DNA of 57,042 nt, the filler included, from Sphacelaria rigidula (Eukaryota): the NCBI GenBank assembly GCA_964200075.2. It is 7 parts of 7 records of this genome, joined end to end, with 100 filler letters (N's around TTAATTAATTAA, not from the genome) between each part and the next. Parts side by side here need not be neighbours in the genome. Positions count along the whole stretch, not along the records: positions 1 to 8,064 come from CAXNAA020012436.1; positions 8,165 to 16,228 come from CAXNAA020012437.1; 5 more parts are not named here. One strand, 5' to 3'. Shown in pieces: positions 1 to 12,384 of this stretch (the first letter of the stretch is position 1; the number at the start of each line of letters is the position of its first letter). Position numbers and translations under genes: made by a program. The notes beneath the pieces are model-generated. The model made no database searches. It saw nothing but the letters and a program-made list of their open reading frames with translations, and had not been told where the DNA came from.

Positions 1-60
1 ATGGTCAGACGACTAAGGCAAGCAACACATGAGAACACCCCCCCCTCCCTCCCTCCCTCT
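1..60 (+). repeat. LINE 3'-tail copy ending in a C-rich run
   Basis: ATGGTCAGACGACTAAGGCAAGCAACACATGAGAACACCCCCC matches 51473-51517 (+) and the reverse complement of 23883-23930. Confidence 0.8.
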
Positions 61-2869
61 AAATACCCACCCCCGGATGGTGGGATTTCGACAATTTTTT
101 GCACCATATCGGTATCCACAGTACTGTTCGGGGTCCGTAGTTTACGACACGTCCCCCTTTGCATACAACCCCTCGGTGATGACGTTTCGGATCCCAAAAT
201 GTCATCACTCGGGGGTCGTACACACGTCATTCTACGGTGTTGTGGTGGCACAAGATATCTCTCAATCGTGGATACATCTTGCGGCATCGGTTTCCGGGAC
301 GCACATACAAGTGTGGATTTCACATCACCCGGGTTTTGTGCGCTTCGAGCCCATTTGGCCAGCCACGGTGAGATTGGGGCGATCTTTCGGCAGAGGAATG
401 ATAACTCTCGTGAAAGGTACTCCTTGTAGTATGTTCTCTGATCACTGGGGAAGTGAGGGTGTTTCTCCTGGAACCACTCCTACGAAATGTGTGCGGCCGT
501 TGATCGAAGCGTGCATTCTTATGTAAAAGTGGTCCCTCTCTGTACCGTGGCGCTGGGCACGCATCTCCAGTAAATTTTAGCTGAACTTGGCCATCGGTCC
601 ATGCAAATACTCTTCATTCTTGCTCGAGTGTCTGGGACACTGGGCTTGGATGTGATCTGCTCAGTGCTGCATTTTCATCTTTACACTGGCAAGCGTATCT
701 ACGACGATCTGGCAATTCATAAGAGCCGCTCCGGGTGAGACCATCGTCTTTGACTTTAAAACGAGGATCTAGTGATCCACGACAACCACTGTGCCATGAA
801 TCTTGTACACGACGAGTGTCTTGAATGTCAGTGAGAAAGAGGTGGAAAACGGTGTTTGTTGTGTGCTGAGACTAACACCTCGTCAGCAACTGCTCACTTT
901 AGTAACGGAGCGAATTTTGGTCGTGGTCGTGCCCCCTTCACCGCGCACATAACCCATTTTTCGCTAGAGTGGATGCCCACATTGCTCTAATATTCAACTT
1001 CGTCCGTCGGCATTACCCTTGCTTTGCTCTGTATTGCATCCCAAAAAAGAATCAACACGAGAACTAGATTGACCCTAACTCAACCGAGTGTGTTGTGGAG
1101 ACAACTCTTCAACAGTCAGCATGTCGTCCCGTTGACCGGTTGCCCCGCTCCTTCTTCCTAGTGTTGTTGAAAGGCTCATCCGGTGGTGGTTGCTCGGGTA
1201 GCCCTTGGGCTGCTCGGTATGCATCAGACGAGCGTTGATATTCTGAAATTCATTTTGCTCGGCATGTGAAGCCGGCGATAAAATCGTACCCTTCAAGTCA
1301 TGATCGATACTCGGTGACCGAGTCTTTACCGCCGGGACCACATTTATGGCTCACCACTCGGTCAACCGCAGAGCGATCCATTTCACGAGACTTCAGTGTT
1401 GGGGACTTCCAAATCTGGATGGTCCACCTCAGGTAGAGGTAGTTTTTTGTAGAAGGACGTGACCAGTTTATCGCAGTCTGGCGCTGGAGTTGTTAGTTGC
1501 TCGAGGCTAATAGCTTCTCAAGTGAGCGAGGTGTACCGATGAGAACCTTGAGGTCGCCAGTGCTGGATGCTTTTGAATTTCGGCTGGATTCACGGATTTC
1601 TTGGTGTCCTCATCACCCCGCATCGGTCGGAGGCCCCAACGAAACGGTGGGACCAGGCGGAATTTAAAAGTACCCACTACTGACCACCTCGGGGTTTCCT
1701 TCAGGACGACGCAAGTACAATTTCGCCAACCAATTCCTACCAACAGGGAGGCGATACATGCGTGTGTATGTTTGTGCGTACTTATTTTGATGACCCTCGT
1801 CGACGTGTTTTGCCCGCCACAGACAGAGCAGGTCAGTGCTGTCACCGAAAGTGTAGAGTACAAGAGAAGAGTAGTACCACACAGTGCAGTACAGTCAGTA
1901 GTGCCATGGCCGGTTTCGAACAGTACAGGTAGCGGCACTATACAAGTGACGGCACTGTACAGGTTGTCACCCATTCGGGACTGTCGCTGATCGTGACTCA
2001 TCACTCATCTTGTATTCCGCGCGCAGTCGCATCCGAGATGGGGGACATATTGACACCAGAATTTTCCTCGGAGTCAAGGACTAGTACATATGCGGGGCAA
2101 AGGCGCAGTAAAGGCGGTCCTTGCCACTTGCGAATAGCCAAACGTGCGTGGCAAAGAGCCGGTTCTCGTATCTGCTTTCGTCTGCAAGGTCAATCAATCC
2201 GTGTAATATCGGACGTTGTGAGGCGAGATTCCGCAGGGGTCGCAACTTCCAGTTCGGCGCGTTCGTCGAAAAGAGAGAGGATACGCGGCTCTTTGAAGCT
2301 ACGCAATTCGCCGCATACGTGTTTCTGGTCACTTTCAGATACGCTTGGAACTTCACGCACGGTTACGGCGGAAAGTAGTGTGGACAACCTCAGATACAAT
2401 TGGTGCATTTTCAGCATTATTCAGATATTTTGCGTTCTCCGCCAATCGGTTTGGCCGCATGTGGGGCATTCGATTTTGTAACCGAGCTGTACCTGAAAAT
2501 GTCCCAAAATTGCTCAAGTATACTCGAACGTGACCACTTGCCTTGGGGAATGTATGCACTTGACTTGTCACACGAATCAAGGGTGGGGAAAATGTATGTT
2601 AAAGTTATTCTGCACGAATTTCACGTGAGTCATGAACGACTCACCTTCTCGTACGAATCAGTCAGGAGAAAATGTTGGAAGAGTCGTGCCGTACGGATAA
2701 CAAATGGGGCGTATGTCGGAAAAAGACATACCGCACGAATAATGGTTGGGGATACAGTTAGTGACCCGATATAAGATCGCTTTTGATGAGGTTCTTCAAG
2801 ATACAAGCCCGCCTACATTCCCTTTTGCACTTCTCTGGATGTAATGTCGGTTTTTCTCGCTTTACCGAA

Positions 2870-3122
2870 ATTAGCCTAAACTCCTAGACTGCGAACCCCC
2901 CTCACATAGACTGAGATGGACTATGCAACATTTGGATTTCAGAACAGTGTTTTCTCGCTGCACAAAACGCCTTTTTTTCATGAACATGTGGATTTGGGGC
3001 ATCTGTATAGAAAAAAGTATCGGAGAAACCCTGACCGGCTTCGACCCTGCAGTCAATTGCATGTAGAGTCAGTATATGTCCGGCATGTTTCCTCCGGATG
3101 CAACGACAAGAAACAGACAGCG
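2870..3122 (+). repeat. Dispersed repeat, homologous to the reverse complement of about 44798-45044; probable piggyBac-type element end
   Basis: Shared blocks TAGACYGAGATGGACT, CAAAACGCCTT, CCTGACCGG.TTCGA; the other copy ends in AGGG|TTAA. Confidence 0.7.
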
Positions 3123-3837
3123 TGACATTACGTGCCACTGAACACAGTCTACTGCATGGTGCTTCTGCGCAGTGTTTCACAGCAACGCTACAGACAATCC
3201 GAAGCTATGCTGGCAACACAAGAGGGGTCAGGCAGGCGGCAAGGGCCGCGAGCAGAGAAAAGGACGTTTCTTGTGCTCATGTTATCTACGGCTTAATTGT
3301 TATAACCAAAATAAGAAAAACGGCTAGGCAGGTGTAATTGTCCATCTGCAGTCCATCTGTAGGACTGAGCAAATGTATTTTCTCGACTCTGTCGTGTGTT
3401 GCTCCAATTTAATGTTCTCCGCAAATTGCGGGTGCTGCGGCAAGAAATGGCCCGAGTTCGCTTCTGTCCTCCGGGTTTCCACCTCCACCAGATAGGATTG
3501 AGAGCTTACGAAGCACTGCGACAGCCGCAGAGACAACATCACACCATAATGCAGCAATGCAACGGATTGCCTCTACTCTCTATCAACTGGGACAACGCTT
3601 GCCGCTTGTTGACCCGACATTAGATCGGTTCGCCGTTGTTTGAGGAGCCCCTTGAGGCAATATGACGCTTCATTCGACAGAAAGCCGAAGCCGCCCTCAT
3701 CGATTGTGGGCCGTTTTCGATGCAAGGCCGCCTCATTCGGCATGGATCAACACGGCCTTATATCGGGTCACCTACTGCAGTCCCTCTTAAACGAACTAAT
3801 TTCACAAATATTTCTCTGGTGATGCTTCATCACTCTT

Positions 3838-4145
3838 GCAAGGGCATGTCAGGTATGTTATGTACTTCTGAAAACTCGGGTAGAATATCCGGGTACTTAC
3901 TCTGTTGGTTACGGTGTCAAATACTCCACCCAACTTTTGGGTAGATTGGGCACGACCTCACATACTCTACCCAACAATTTGAGTAAAGTACTCTCAGGGA
4001 TACCTAGGTGTAGAGTATCACATGGGTATGACGTCAATGCTCTACCCAATTTTTGGGTATGTTGGGTGCGATCTAAAATACTGGACCCAAAGCTTGGGTA
4101 GATTGTGTATGATTTCAATACTGTACCCAAATAGTGGGTAAAACC
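3838..4145 (+). mobile_element. Degenerate copy of the CAAGGGCAGGT MITE family
   Basis: Starts CAAGGGCATGTC and contains ACTCGGGTAGAATATCCGGGTA and ACCCAA..TTGGGTA subrepeats, as at 4795 and 44254. Confidence 0.55.
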
Positions 4146-4794
4146 GTGTCTTTGCACATCAATTTTCGATCGAAAGCAAAGTGCGGTGGACTTGATTTCA
4201 GCGATTTCATTCATTTCTCGCTGGTTGACTCCCAGTATATTTGCAAGCTTTAAATCGAACAAAGTGAAATTCGTGAAGTTGTAAGTGTTTGCGCTCATCT
4301 ACAGCAAAATACTGTACTGTCTGTGCTGTATTCATACAGTGTGTCTGTGTGCCTGTGCGTGTTTCATACAGTAGGACGTGAAGAGAAGCGGGCAACGTGC
4401 AGTGCAGACAGCGCAGGACTATCTGTATTTTCTGTTTACAGGGCGACGCGAAAATGACTCGAACAACGTGCAGCTCTGTAGTGCCCGCACTGTCCATGAG
4501 TGTACGCAGGGCGGTCGTCTACCCTTCTACGCAGCTCCGTCGCCGATCTTCACCATCGAAGAAGATGCTTAAGTTTTCTCCGACAAAAATAGACGCGTCA
4601 TACCAACTACTGCAATGTATCTATCCCTGTGCCCAGCTCATGCTCTATGCTGCAGGGTTGCAGCGGTAGCTGATAATGAGTTGTGTTGGGTTTGCATGAT
4701 TCTGTGAACGGGTGGTATCTGGCGTGGTGGTCTGCAAGATAGGAGTCAAATGCCCCTTCGTACATTTCCCCCGTATGTTTTCGGTCGAAAAATC

Positions 4795-4995
4795 CAAGGG
4801 CAGGTCGGGTAGGACGTGTGCTGTTGAATACTCGGGTAAAATACCCGGGTGTTTACTTTACCCGAGGTTTGGTTACATTGGGTACGTCCGCAAATTCTAT
4901 CCCCAACTTTTTGGTAGATTGGGTCTCATTTCAACACCAAGGATATGAGTTTTGAAAATACCGAGTATTGGGTATAGGCTCCCAACCTGCCCTTA
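4795..4995. mobile_element. MITE with TIRs CAAGGGCAGGT...ACCTGCCCTTA
   Basis: Terminal inverted repeats visible; internal sequence similar to 44254-44472; no clear TSD. Confidence 0.75.
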
Positions 4996-5112
4996 CATTC
5001 TCGCTGGGAACAGCATCGGGAGCAGTGAAGAGATCATTACCGTTTGGATTCGAGCCCACGAAACCCGCCCAAATTGGTGTCGATCTGCCGGTTTGATTGC
5101 ATAAACGTGTAC

Positions 5113-5361
5113 CTGATGAAGCCTGTAGCGCTCCTTGCCGTACAAGTCCTCCAGCCCTCTAACCACCCCGCAGGCCCTGGAATATTCTGGATCGCACCCG
5201 GAACCCTGTACACGAAACACAAGGGGTGATCGCCCGCCGATGCCGGGTGCCACGGTTGCTGAAGCCGCGGCAGCTGCTCCAGAAGTGACGCCAGCAGTAC
5301 CGAGGATCGCGAGTATCGCAATCACCACGCATTTTTGCGTCTTACCAATGAATACCACCAT
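5113..5361 (-). CDS. Probable first exon of a secreted or membrane-anchored protein (MVVFIGKTQKCVVIAILAILGTAG...FRVQGSGCDPEYSRACGVVRGLEDLYGKERYRLHQ)
   Basis: ATG, hydrophobic signal-like stretch, GC-rich coding-like sequence, CAG|GTACAC donor in phase 0; downstream exons not identified. Confidence 0.5.
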
Positions 5362-6829
5362 TCTTGTCGAGTTGCATTTGACCCCTCCCGCCCCCTCTTC
5401 TTCTTTGTTACGCAGCACACTGACCAAAGCAATCCTTCGTTCCTTGGAGCTTTCTCCCTTCGTCGTCGTGTTGCCAGGAATCACATCATCGTTGTTTTCA
5501 GCAGGAAATATCGATTGATCCTGGCCGTGTTTTCAGGAGAGACATATCAAGGGGGGAAAGAGGCACCATGCCATACACGCGGACATGGACAAGTAAGAGG
5601 GCCGTGCGAGCATTGTCTACTTGAGTAACGTGTGCGCTGGGGCGGCATGTAGCGAACTTGGAGCCGGCGGCACTCTGGCTCAGGGGCGTCGGAATACATG
5701 CAGCAGTGCACCGTGCGACACGTGTCCGGATTGTTCAAAATTTCAAATACCTTGGGCTGTCTCGGCTCAGGAGAGCCGGAACTTCACCAAAGCGCCACGG
5801 TTGAATCGCTGTCGTGGAAAAAATGCTCTCCAGTCAACTTTCTGTGCTCCCACAAGACAATTCTCGTCTAATTACATCTCGACGGTAATCCGCAGGTACC
5901 CATCTGCCCATGTAAAGGCATTGGCTTTCGCGAATATTGAGGATAACACCCTACTTGCGTTGCAGAGTAGAACAGCAGCAGATGATGAGGGTATCACTCT
6001 CTCTCTCTCTGGTGCACGTTCACACCACATTTGAGACAGGACGACAAAGAGGGTAAAACAGGGAATCACGCAGGTTCAAGCTTGCACACACTGCACAACA
6101 GTACAGTACGAACGCAGAAGGGAATCCACGGGTACGATAGAAGGCTACTCGCACATGTTCACCAGTGGACTCCACGTGCACAACGAGAACTTGTACAACT
6201 CGATGATACATGACAATTGACGATTGTGGTACATAAATAAAAAGGAAAAAGTTGTGTTGTGCTGGCTTGCTCCTAGTTTCTTGTACACGCAAGTACCGAC
6301 TGTAGATCCACGTCGTACCCACGATACAGGTTTCACACCTTCAACTAGAAACAGCAAAAGAGACCACCAATAGCAGTCTCGCTTTCCCCCAACGCCACTG
6401 AAAGGAAACTCACGAACTCCCTGCACTCCCTGCACAGCTACCCCAACCTGCTGCGGGTCAAAGAGTATGACCAAAGACGAGTCTTGTCCTCATTTTCCGG
6501 CTGTCTCCTCCTGAAAATCGCATAGATTGAGACCATACACCAAAGTACTAACGCATTCTGGACGCCAGCCATCCTACACATTTCAATATACGGGGACGCA
6601 TAAGCCGCGACAAGGCCGGGATCACTCGGAAGGAATGTCAACAAAGGATTATTTTTTCAATTGTTTCTCGCATGCTACCTACTTTCTGTGGTGCTTGCTT
6701 GCCTTTCATTTTTATCGATAAAGTGTTTGGCGATCCGTTTCCCTCGTCCACCATGAAGTAGAACTTGGTGTACCTACGACGTAGGTCGCTATTCGCCGCT
6801 GAGCATGATGCGAGAATACATCTCAGATA

Positions 6830-6900
6830 GTTTGACTTCACCGAGATTCGAACCCACATGTCACCAACGCCTGACGGTTCCAAGGTTACCAACTGAGTAG
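6830..6900 (-). repeat. tRNA-derived SINE head or tRNA relic
   Basis: Minus strand reads TACTCAGTTGGTAACC (A box) ... GGGTTCGAATCTC (B box); similar to 7985-8057. Confidence 0.55.
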
Positions 6901-6907
6901 AGGTGCG

Positions 6908-6942
<35 letters not shown>
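6908..6942 (+). repeat. (CAAT)n microsatellite
   Basis: About 8 perfect CAAT units. Confidence 0.95.
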
Positions 6943-7177
6943 CCTGAGCCAGGGCAGCGACCGGTGAGTCACGTACGCAGTTACCGTATTTCGACAGCGG
7001 GTCTGAATGTACCGACCGGGGACCAAAGGAGAGAAAAGTACAGTCGAGCTACCCCGAGCCACCGCAAGGGATCTTCAGGCGGCACTGACTGTTTGAGAAG
7101 GACAGTGTAGCGGAGTGGTGCTACGGTACAGACGGTAGCTTTGGGAAAACTAGAATGGAAAGCTGGAATAACTAAGT

Positions 7178-7725
7178 ATGATTCGGTATCATCGTTGGCA
7201 TGCGGCTATAGTGTATCTCTTCAGGATCAGCACAACCACAAATGCCCTAAATACACATCGACATGAGGATGGTTCCATCCTTCCTCTCAACGGTGCCGCT
7301 ACATTGCTCACCGACGAGAGCACTACGACAACCTGGGCAGGCCCGCCCCTCGATGACAGCATACCAACGCGACTGTACTCATTGTCCCTGGACCGTGTCT
7401 GGCACAATGGCATGGCAAACGCGGAACAAACAGCCGCTATTGACGGAATGAAAACGGCGCGGAGGGACTGGCAAAACCGACGGTCGCTGTACTTCAGTAT
7501 GGAGGACACTCCCCTGTTTCCGGGCTGGGGTACCCACTTCGCATATGTCTACGTTGGCACGCCGCCGCAACGGGTGTCCGTGATTATTGACACGGGTAGC
7601 GATTATACGGCGTTTCCCTGCGCGGAGTGTAGCAACTGCGGAGGCCATACGGACCCCTATTGGGATGTGTTCAAGTCCAGCACGTCTACCGTTGCTTCTT
7701 GCGGACAATGCCGTGGCTCATTCAG
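7178..7725 (+). CDS. Aspartic protease, family A1 (plasmepsin V/ASP5-like), exon 1; rest of the gene lies beyond the contig end
   Basis: YVGTPPQRVSVIIDTGS catalytic motif followed by TAFPCAECSNCGGHTDP; N-terminal leader; AG|GTGAAG donor after 7725. Confidence 0.9.
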
Positions 7726-7984
7726 GTGAAGAACTTGTTGAGTTTTTGAACCGTAGGGTAGTCTAGAATATGCACGCTGCACTTACTGTACCGACTTGAC
7801 TCTAAGTCCGAACAGATACTTGTGAGGGTAAACGGTGAGCGCGCTCTGCGCACGCGGCAGGGTTTATTATGCTGCAGCAGTACAAGTACATCGCAGCGAC
7901 ATATTTGTCGGGTGGTACACTGTTGTCTTGTGGTGGATTCGTTGTGGGTCTCGACGACTTTAGAAGGCCCTATTCAATAGCCGG

Positions 7985-8057
7985 TCGCCCCGGTGGCTCA
8001 GTTGGTAACCTCGAAACCTTCTGATGGTTGAGTTGGGGGGTTCGACTCCCGGAGCGA
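7985..8057 (+). repeat. tRNA-like sequence (SINE head or pseudo-tRNA) at a contig end
   Basis: A box TGGCTCAGTTGG, B box GGTTCGACTCC, acceptor-like pairing TCGCCCCG/CGGAGCGA; anticodon arm not canonical. Confidence 0.6.
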
Positions 8058-8186
8058 TCTGGAANNNNNNNNNNNNNNNNNNNNNNNNNNNNNNNNNNNN
8101 NNNNNNNNTTAATTAATTAANNNNNNNNNNNNNNNNNNNNNNNNNNNNNNNNNNNNNNNNNNNNTACCCCCCCCCGCTATCGTAGG

Positions 8187-11088
8187 ATGACTCGTAATGA
8201 CGTTACTGTGCACGCTGACACCATGAGGGATGTCGTTTCTGATCTTCCTTCACCAGAGAAATCGTCGATCGCGCAATGCAGCGACCAACCGCCCTACGAC
8301 TCACGTCATCGCAGTCGCCGTGCTCGCCTCACACGCAATAGGTCTTCCCACTCTGACGCTGCAGTCATCCGTTCCTTACGGCAACAACTTGCCGATTTAC
8401 AGCGCACAGTACAAACACTTGTGGACAACCCCATATCTCCGCCCCCCACCGCAGCCCCCAACGCCGCAGTTTCTGTTGTCCCGGCCCCAGCTCCGGCTGT
8501 CGCCACCGCCGCGACTGCCACCGCCGCCGACACTGACGCCGATAGTAGTACCCATACTGACTTCCGGGCTCCTTGCGCACTCGCACCCGCTTCAACCCCC
8601 CCTGCATCTACTGTCGCGCCGTCTAACCGTGCGCCTTCGTCGCAGCAGGACCGCCCACAGTTGGGTCCGGAGCACTGCCCCTTCGGGCTGCTCCCGCGTA
8701 TTTTCATGGACCATGATCGCACTGCCCAAGAACAACTCATCCATGACTATGCTGACCACGCACCGGCCATGAATGATTTCGTCAATTGGCAACGCAACAC
8801 AGATGCAGCGGCGTCTACACTTTCCACCGAGGAGTATCACGCTTCTCTCCGCGAACTAGAGGAGGAGCGCTCACGCGCCTCTCACGCTGTAGCCGCTTCT
8901 CGCTCCCACCGCACGCCATCCTCACCCCCTCCTACTTCGACCGCTCGCCCCAACGCTAGTGCTGAACCGCGGAGCTTGTCCCTCCACTGCGATGACATCC
9001 CTTTGTTCACGCTTTCTGTGCAGACTCTTGCGGGAAAGTACACCCCCTCGAATCCTTTGCAAAGCTCTCGCGACGCTTGGCTAGCGCTCGTTCGACCACT
9101 CCAAAACGCGGTCGCTTCCTACCTGGAACAGGACGGGGTCCGCCCTTGCGATGGTCTCTTTTCGATTACCATTGGCCAATTAGTCCGCCACATCGAATGA
9201 ATCACCACCCCTTACGAACTGTCCATTGTCGAGCTCTTCGACGCATTGCACGCCGCCTCCAAATCCGCCACAGCCCAAGTTGATGACGACTGGATCTCGG
9301 TGACTCCTCGCCGCCGACGCCACAAACATTATGTTGCCGACCATGAGCGCATTCGCCGCGGTGATTCTCGCAACCACCACGAAGATTCAAGCTCCTCCTC
9401 TGGGAGAACCCAACTACCCCGTGTAACCCGTCCCACCACCGGTTTGAACAAGACACACCAGAGTAACGGCTCGTCGAGCTCTTCTTCCATTAAGCCCAGG
9501 ATTCGGTCCGCCATGATATCGCCCGCGTCGGCTTCTGCCGACCTACGTCGTGCTACACCGCGTCTAGCAGATGTTTCGCGTCAGAGTTTAGGCCTTTCGG
9601 GCGACATCTCGAATAAAGCGTTATCTTCCACTTCGGCTCGCAGTCTGACTGCCGCTGCCGCCGACCGAGCGCAAGCCGCAGCTAGTGCAGCAGCAGCCGC
9701 CGCTCGAGCGGAATCCGCCCGCACCACCGCCATCCAGAGAGAATAAATCCAAATGGACGTGAAAAAACTTTGGCATGTGAAACCCATGCCTGTAGCAGAC
9801 AACGAAGACTCGGAACAATTGACTCCTGCTCTCATCATATCTATACGTCGCACCCTTCGAAACATCCTTCAGCTAGCAGACTCTGCGGGTGCTCAACGCT
9901 TCGAAAACTCTAACTGGGTTGATGGTTGGCAGACCCCTCTTCACAAAGCTCTGCACCGCACCATCAATCGTCGCTCGCCCGACACTGCCGCAGCTTTGAC
10001 ACATGTCCTTGATGGTTTCATGGCCGCTATGGATGCGGACCGTGCCTCGGGGAAGTCAGGCCCGGATTTACTCCGTGATCTGGAGCGCCGCTTGACGGGC
10101 TACTTCGATCGCAGCACTCAAGGGAGTGCTATACAACGACTTAGTTCTTTCGGTGTCGCAATAGATGTCCCCTTCGCGGACTACCTCCGGGAATCCAAGC
10201 TTCTCGTTTCCAGCACTATGAGAATAGGCCGCCAGGCTGGCCCGTCGGACGCAATGTGTCAATCATATGTAAGGAATAGTGTGTCCGAGCAGTACCCGAC
10301 TCTAATGCCATCACTGTTTCCAGGTGCTTTAGCCCACCGCGAAGTACCTTATCCGTCTGTGGATACGATGTGGAGTGCGTTTGCCCATCAAGGGAATAAG
10401 TTGACGCCAGCCATTCGCGGCGACAAGTATGCTTCAGTTCGTTCACAGTCTGCTTCTGCGCCTTCTTCGACCCCTTCAGGGTCCCGTAGCCGGCCTCACA
10501 CTTCGCTCCGTTCCTCGTGGATGCCTGCCTCCGTGGCCGGCTCCGTCATGAGCGTTGCAAACAAGAGAGATCCGTTCAGCGCCAGTTTTGACGGATGGCC
10601 GTACTCCGTCGAGACTTGGGATGATGTTTACACTGTATCTACCTCTGCGTTTACTACAGATGACCCACATCTGTGGAACCCCCTCCTCTCGTCTGCTGCC
10701 AGACACGAGGCCTTCAGCCGCCACGCAAATAGTTGCATCAATTTCAACACCCAAGGGCACAGTATGCGCGATTGTACTCGCCCTTGTATCAACTCTTTTG
10801 ACCTCATGAGCTCTGAGCTGCAGAACAATGAGCCAGCATGGCGCCGATGGCAGAAACGTATGCGTGAATAACGCACACCCCACCGTCAATCTCGCCGCCC
10901 TTTCAACGACCGCGACAACACTCGCTCAAATCGCGACAGTCGCCCCAACAACTACGACAACTCTGGCTCCCGGCGAAGAGAGAGTTCATCTCACCGTCAC
11001 CCGAATTCCGCCGATAGATATAAGCGCACGGGGCCGAATCACAATCACTCGAACCTCAACACCAGAAACCCTGGTTCCTTCTTTAACT
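8187..11088 (+). pseudogene. gag: gag-like ORF with premature stops
   Basis: ORFs 8187-9200, 9246-9746 and 9753-10871 share one frame; degenerate zinc knuckle CINFNTQGHSMRDC; lies upstream of pol. Confidence 0.7.
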
Positions 11089-11486
11089 GATCGTACCGAT
11101 CCATGACATGCCGACGCCGGCGTTTTTACGTCTTCGGCGCCGCTGACAGCACACACGAAGACTATTTCAACACCAACCGCGGAACAAACGACAAACCTTT
11201 CTCGCCCAACCTCCCCGGCACTATGCAGGAGTACTAATGACGGCCGCTCGTATCGACCCCCGTCTTCACCTCTTCGCACACAGCGTAACAGTTGCGTTGA
11301 CTCACAACTTAGCCCTACCGTCGGCTCTGGACTTGGTCCTCCGGAAGTGAGCGTAAGTCTGAGGTGTGGGAACACCAACCGCCCGTCTCTGAGGCAAAGG
11401 CTTCCCTCAGCGACCGCACACAGAGGCAGTAGTGTAATTCGCTCGAGTAGTTCAAGTGTCGCTGGTCAAAATTTGACCGCTGGAGG

Positions 11487-11729
11487 ATGCTACGGTAGGG
11501 GTGCACGAATATTTTCTGAGGTTAGAATTGTTAGGAGTCCTTTATCTCGTCCAAAACACGGCTTCTGGAATATGTGAGAGTACGCTAGGATTCCTAGTCC
11601 CTCGTGCTAGGGATGTCCCAAATGAATTTGCAAACGGGGGTGCCCTAACCTATGTTGTGAATCTAGAATCTTGAGGAGCCCCTGAACCAGACAAGATTTC
11701 GCTCGAAAAGTGCACCTCTACCGTAGCAT
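11487..11729. mobile_element. Small IR-bounded insertion (MITE) nested in the gypsy element
   Basis: ATGCTACGGTAGGGGTGCAC ... GTGCACCTCTACCGTAGCAT, 19/20 inverted match; interior more AT-rich. Confidence 0.7.
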
Positions 11730-12384
11730 TGCTCCGCTTCAGACCATGTAACACCCACTCAGGTCGAACGAGTTCATTCTTCGCGTTGATTGCAGCATGC
11801 GAAGCTACCCCTTACTGGTTTTCACATAAACCATCATACTACACCTTCGGGGGAATGATTCCTTAGCCAAGCTTGCCAGCGGACAGTTCACAAGCTTCGC
11901 CCGAGCATGCCACGGTGCTGACCCCATCCACTCAACTGGACGCAGTTGGGCTTTCCCCAAATACTTTGGAAGTTCCCCGCCCTTTGTCACGGTGAGAGAG
12001 GAAGCCCCGTGAACATGCCCCCACTGAAGCGTGCGCATCAACACGTACACCTCCCTCGAGTGGAAAATCTCGACCCCACTCTCTCCAAAATGCGATGACT
12101 TTGAGCTCGATGAATTTATCAAGTGTCCCAAAAGAATCCAAATACGATATTTCGGATATTTCTACCTCCTTTGCCGACTGCACTGTACAACATGGATCTA
12201 CTTTAGACGTTGATCCCTGCCTTTCCAACACGGTCATATATGAATTGCTGATGACCAGACGAGCTGTGCTCACTCTGGGGATCACACATCATCCACCAAA
12301 CGTTCTGGTGAGCAAGTTGAACCACCGACGGATCACCCGCCGTCCGTTTTCGCCGTCAGCACTACTGATTCCGATCAGTTCACC

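Noticed and set aside
60-1340. Possible decayed MULE transposase on the minus strand (QCPRH)
   Set aside because: Only one short motif amid many stops; not supportable by eye.
8109-8120. TTAATTAATTAA palindromes recurring every 8.16 kb, and ORFs ending in ...LIN
   Set aside because: Artificial contig linkers inside N-runs; the periodicity comes from size-sorted contigs.
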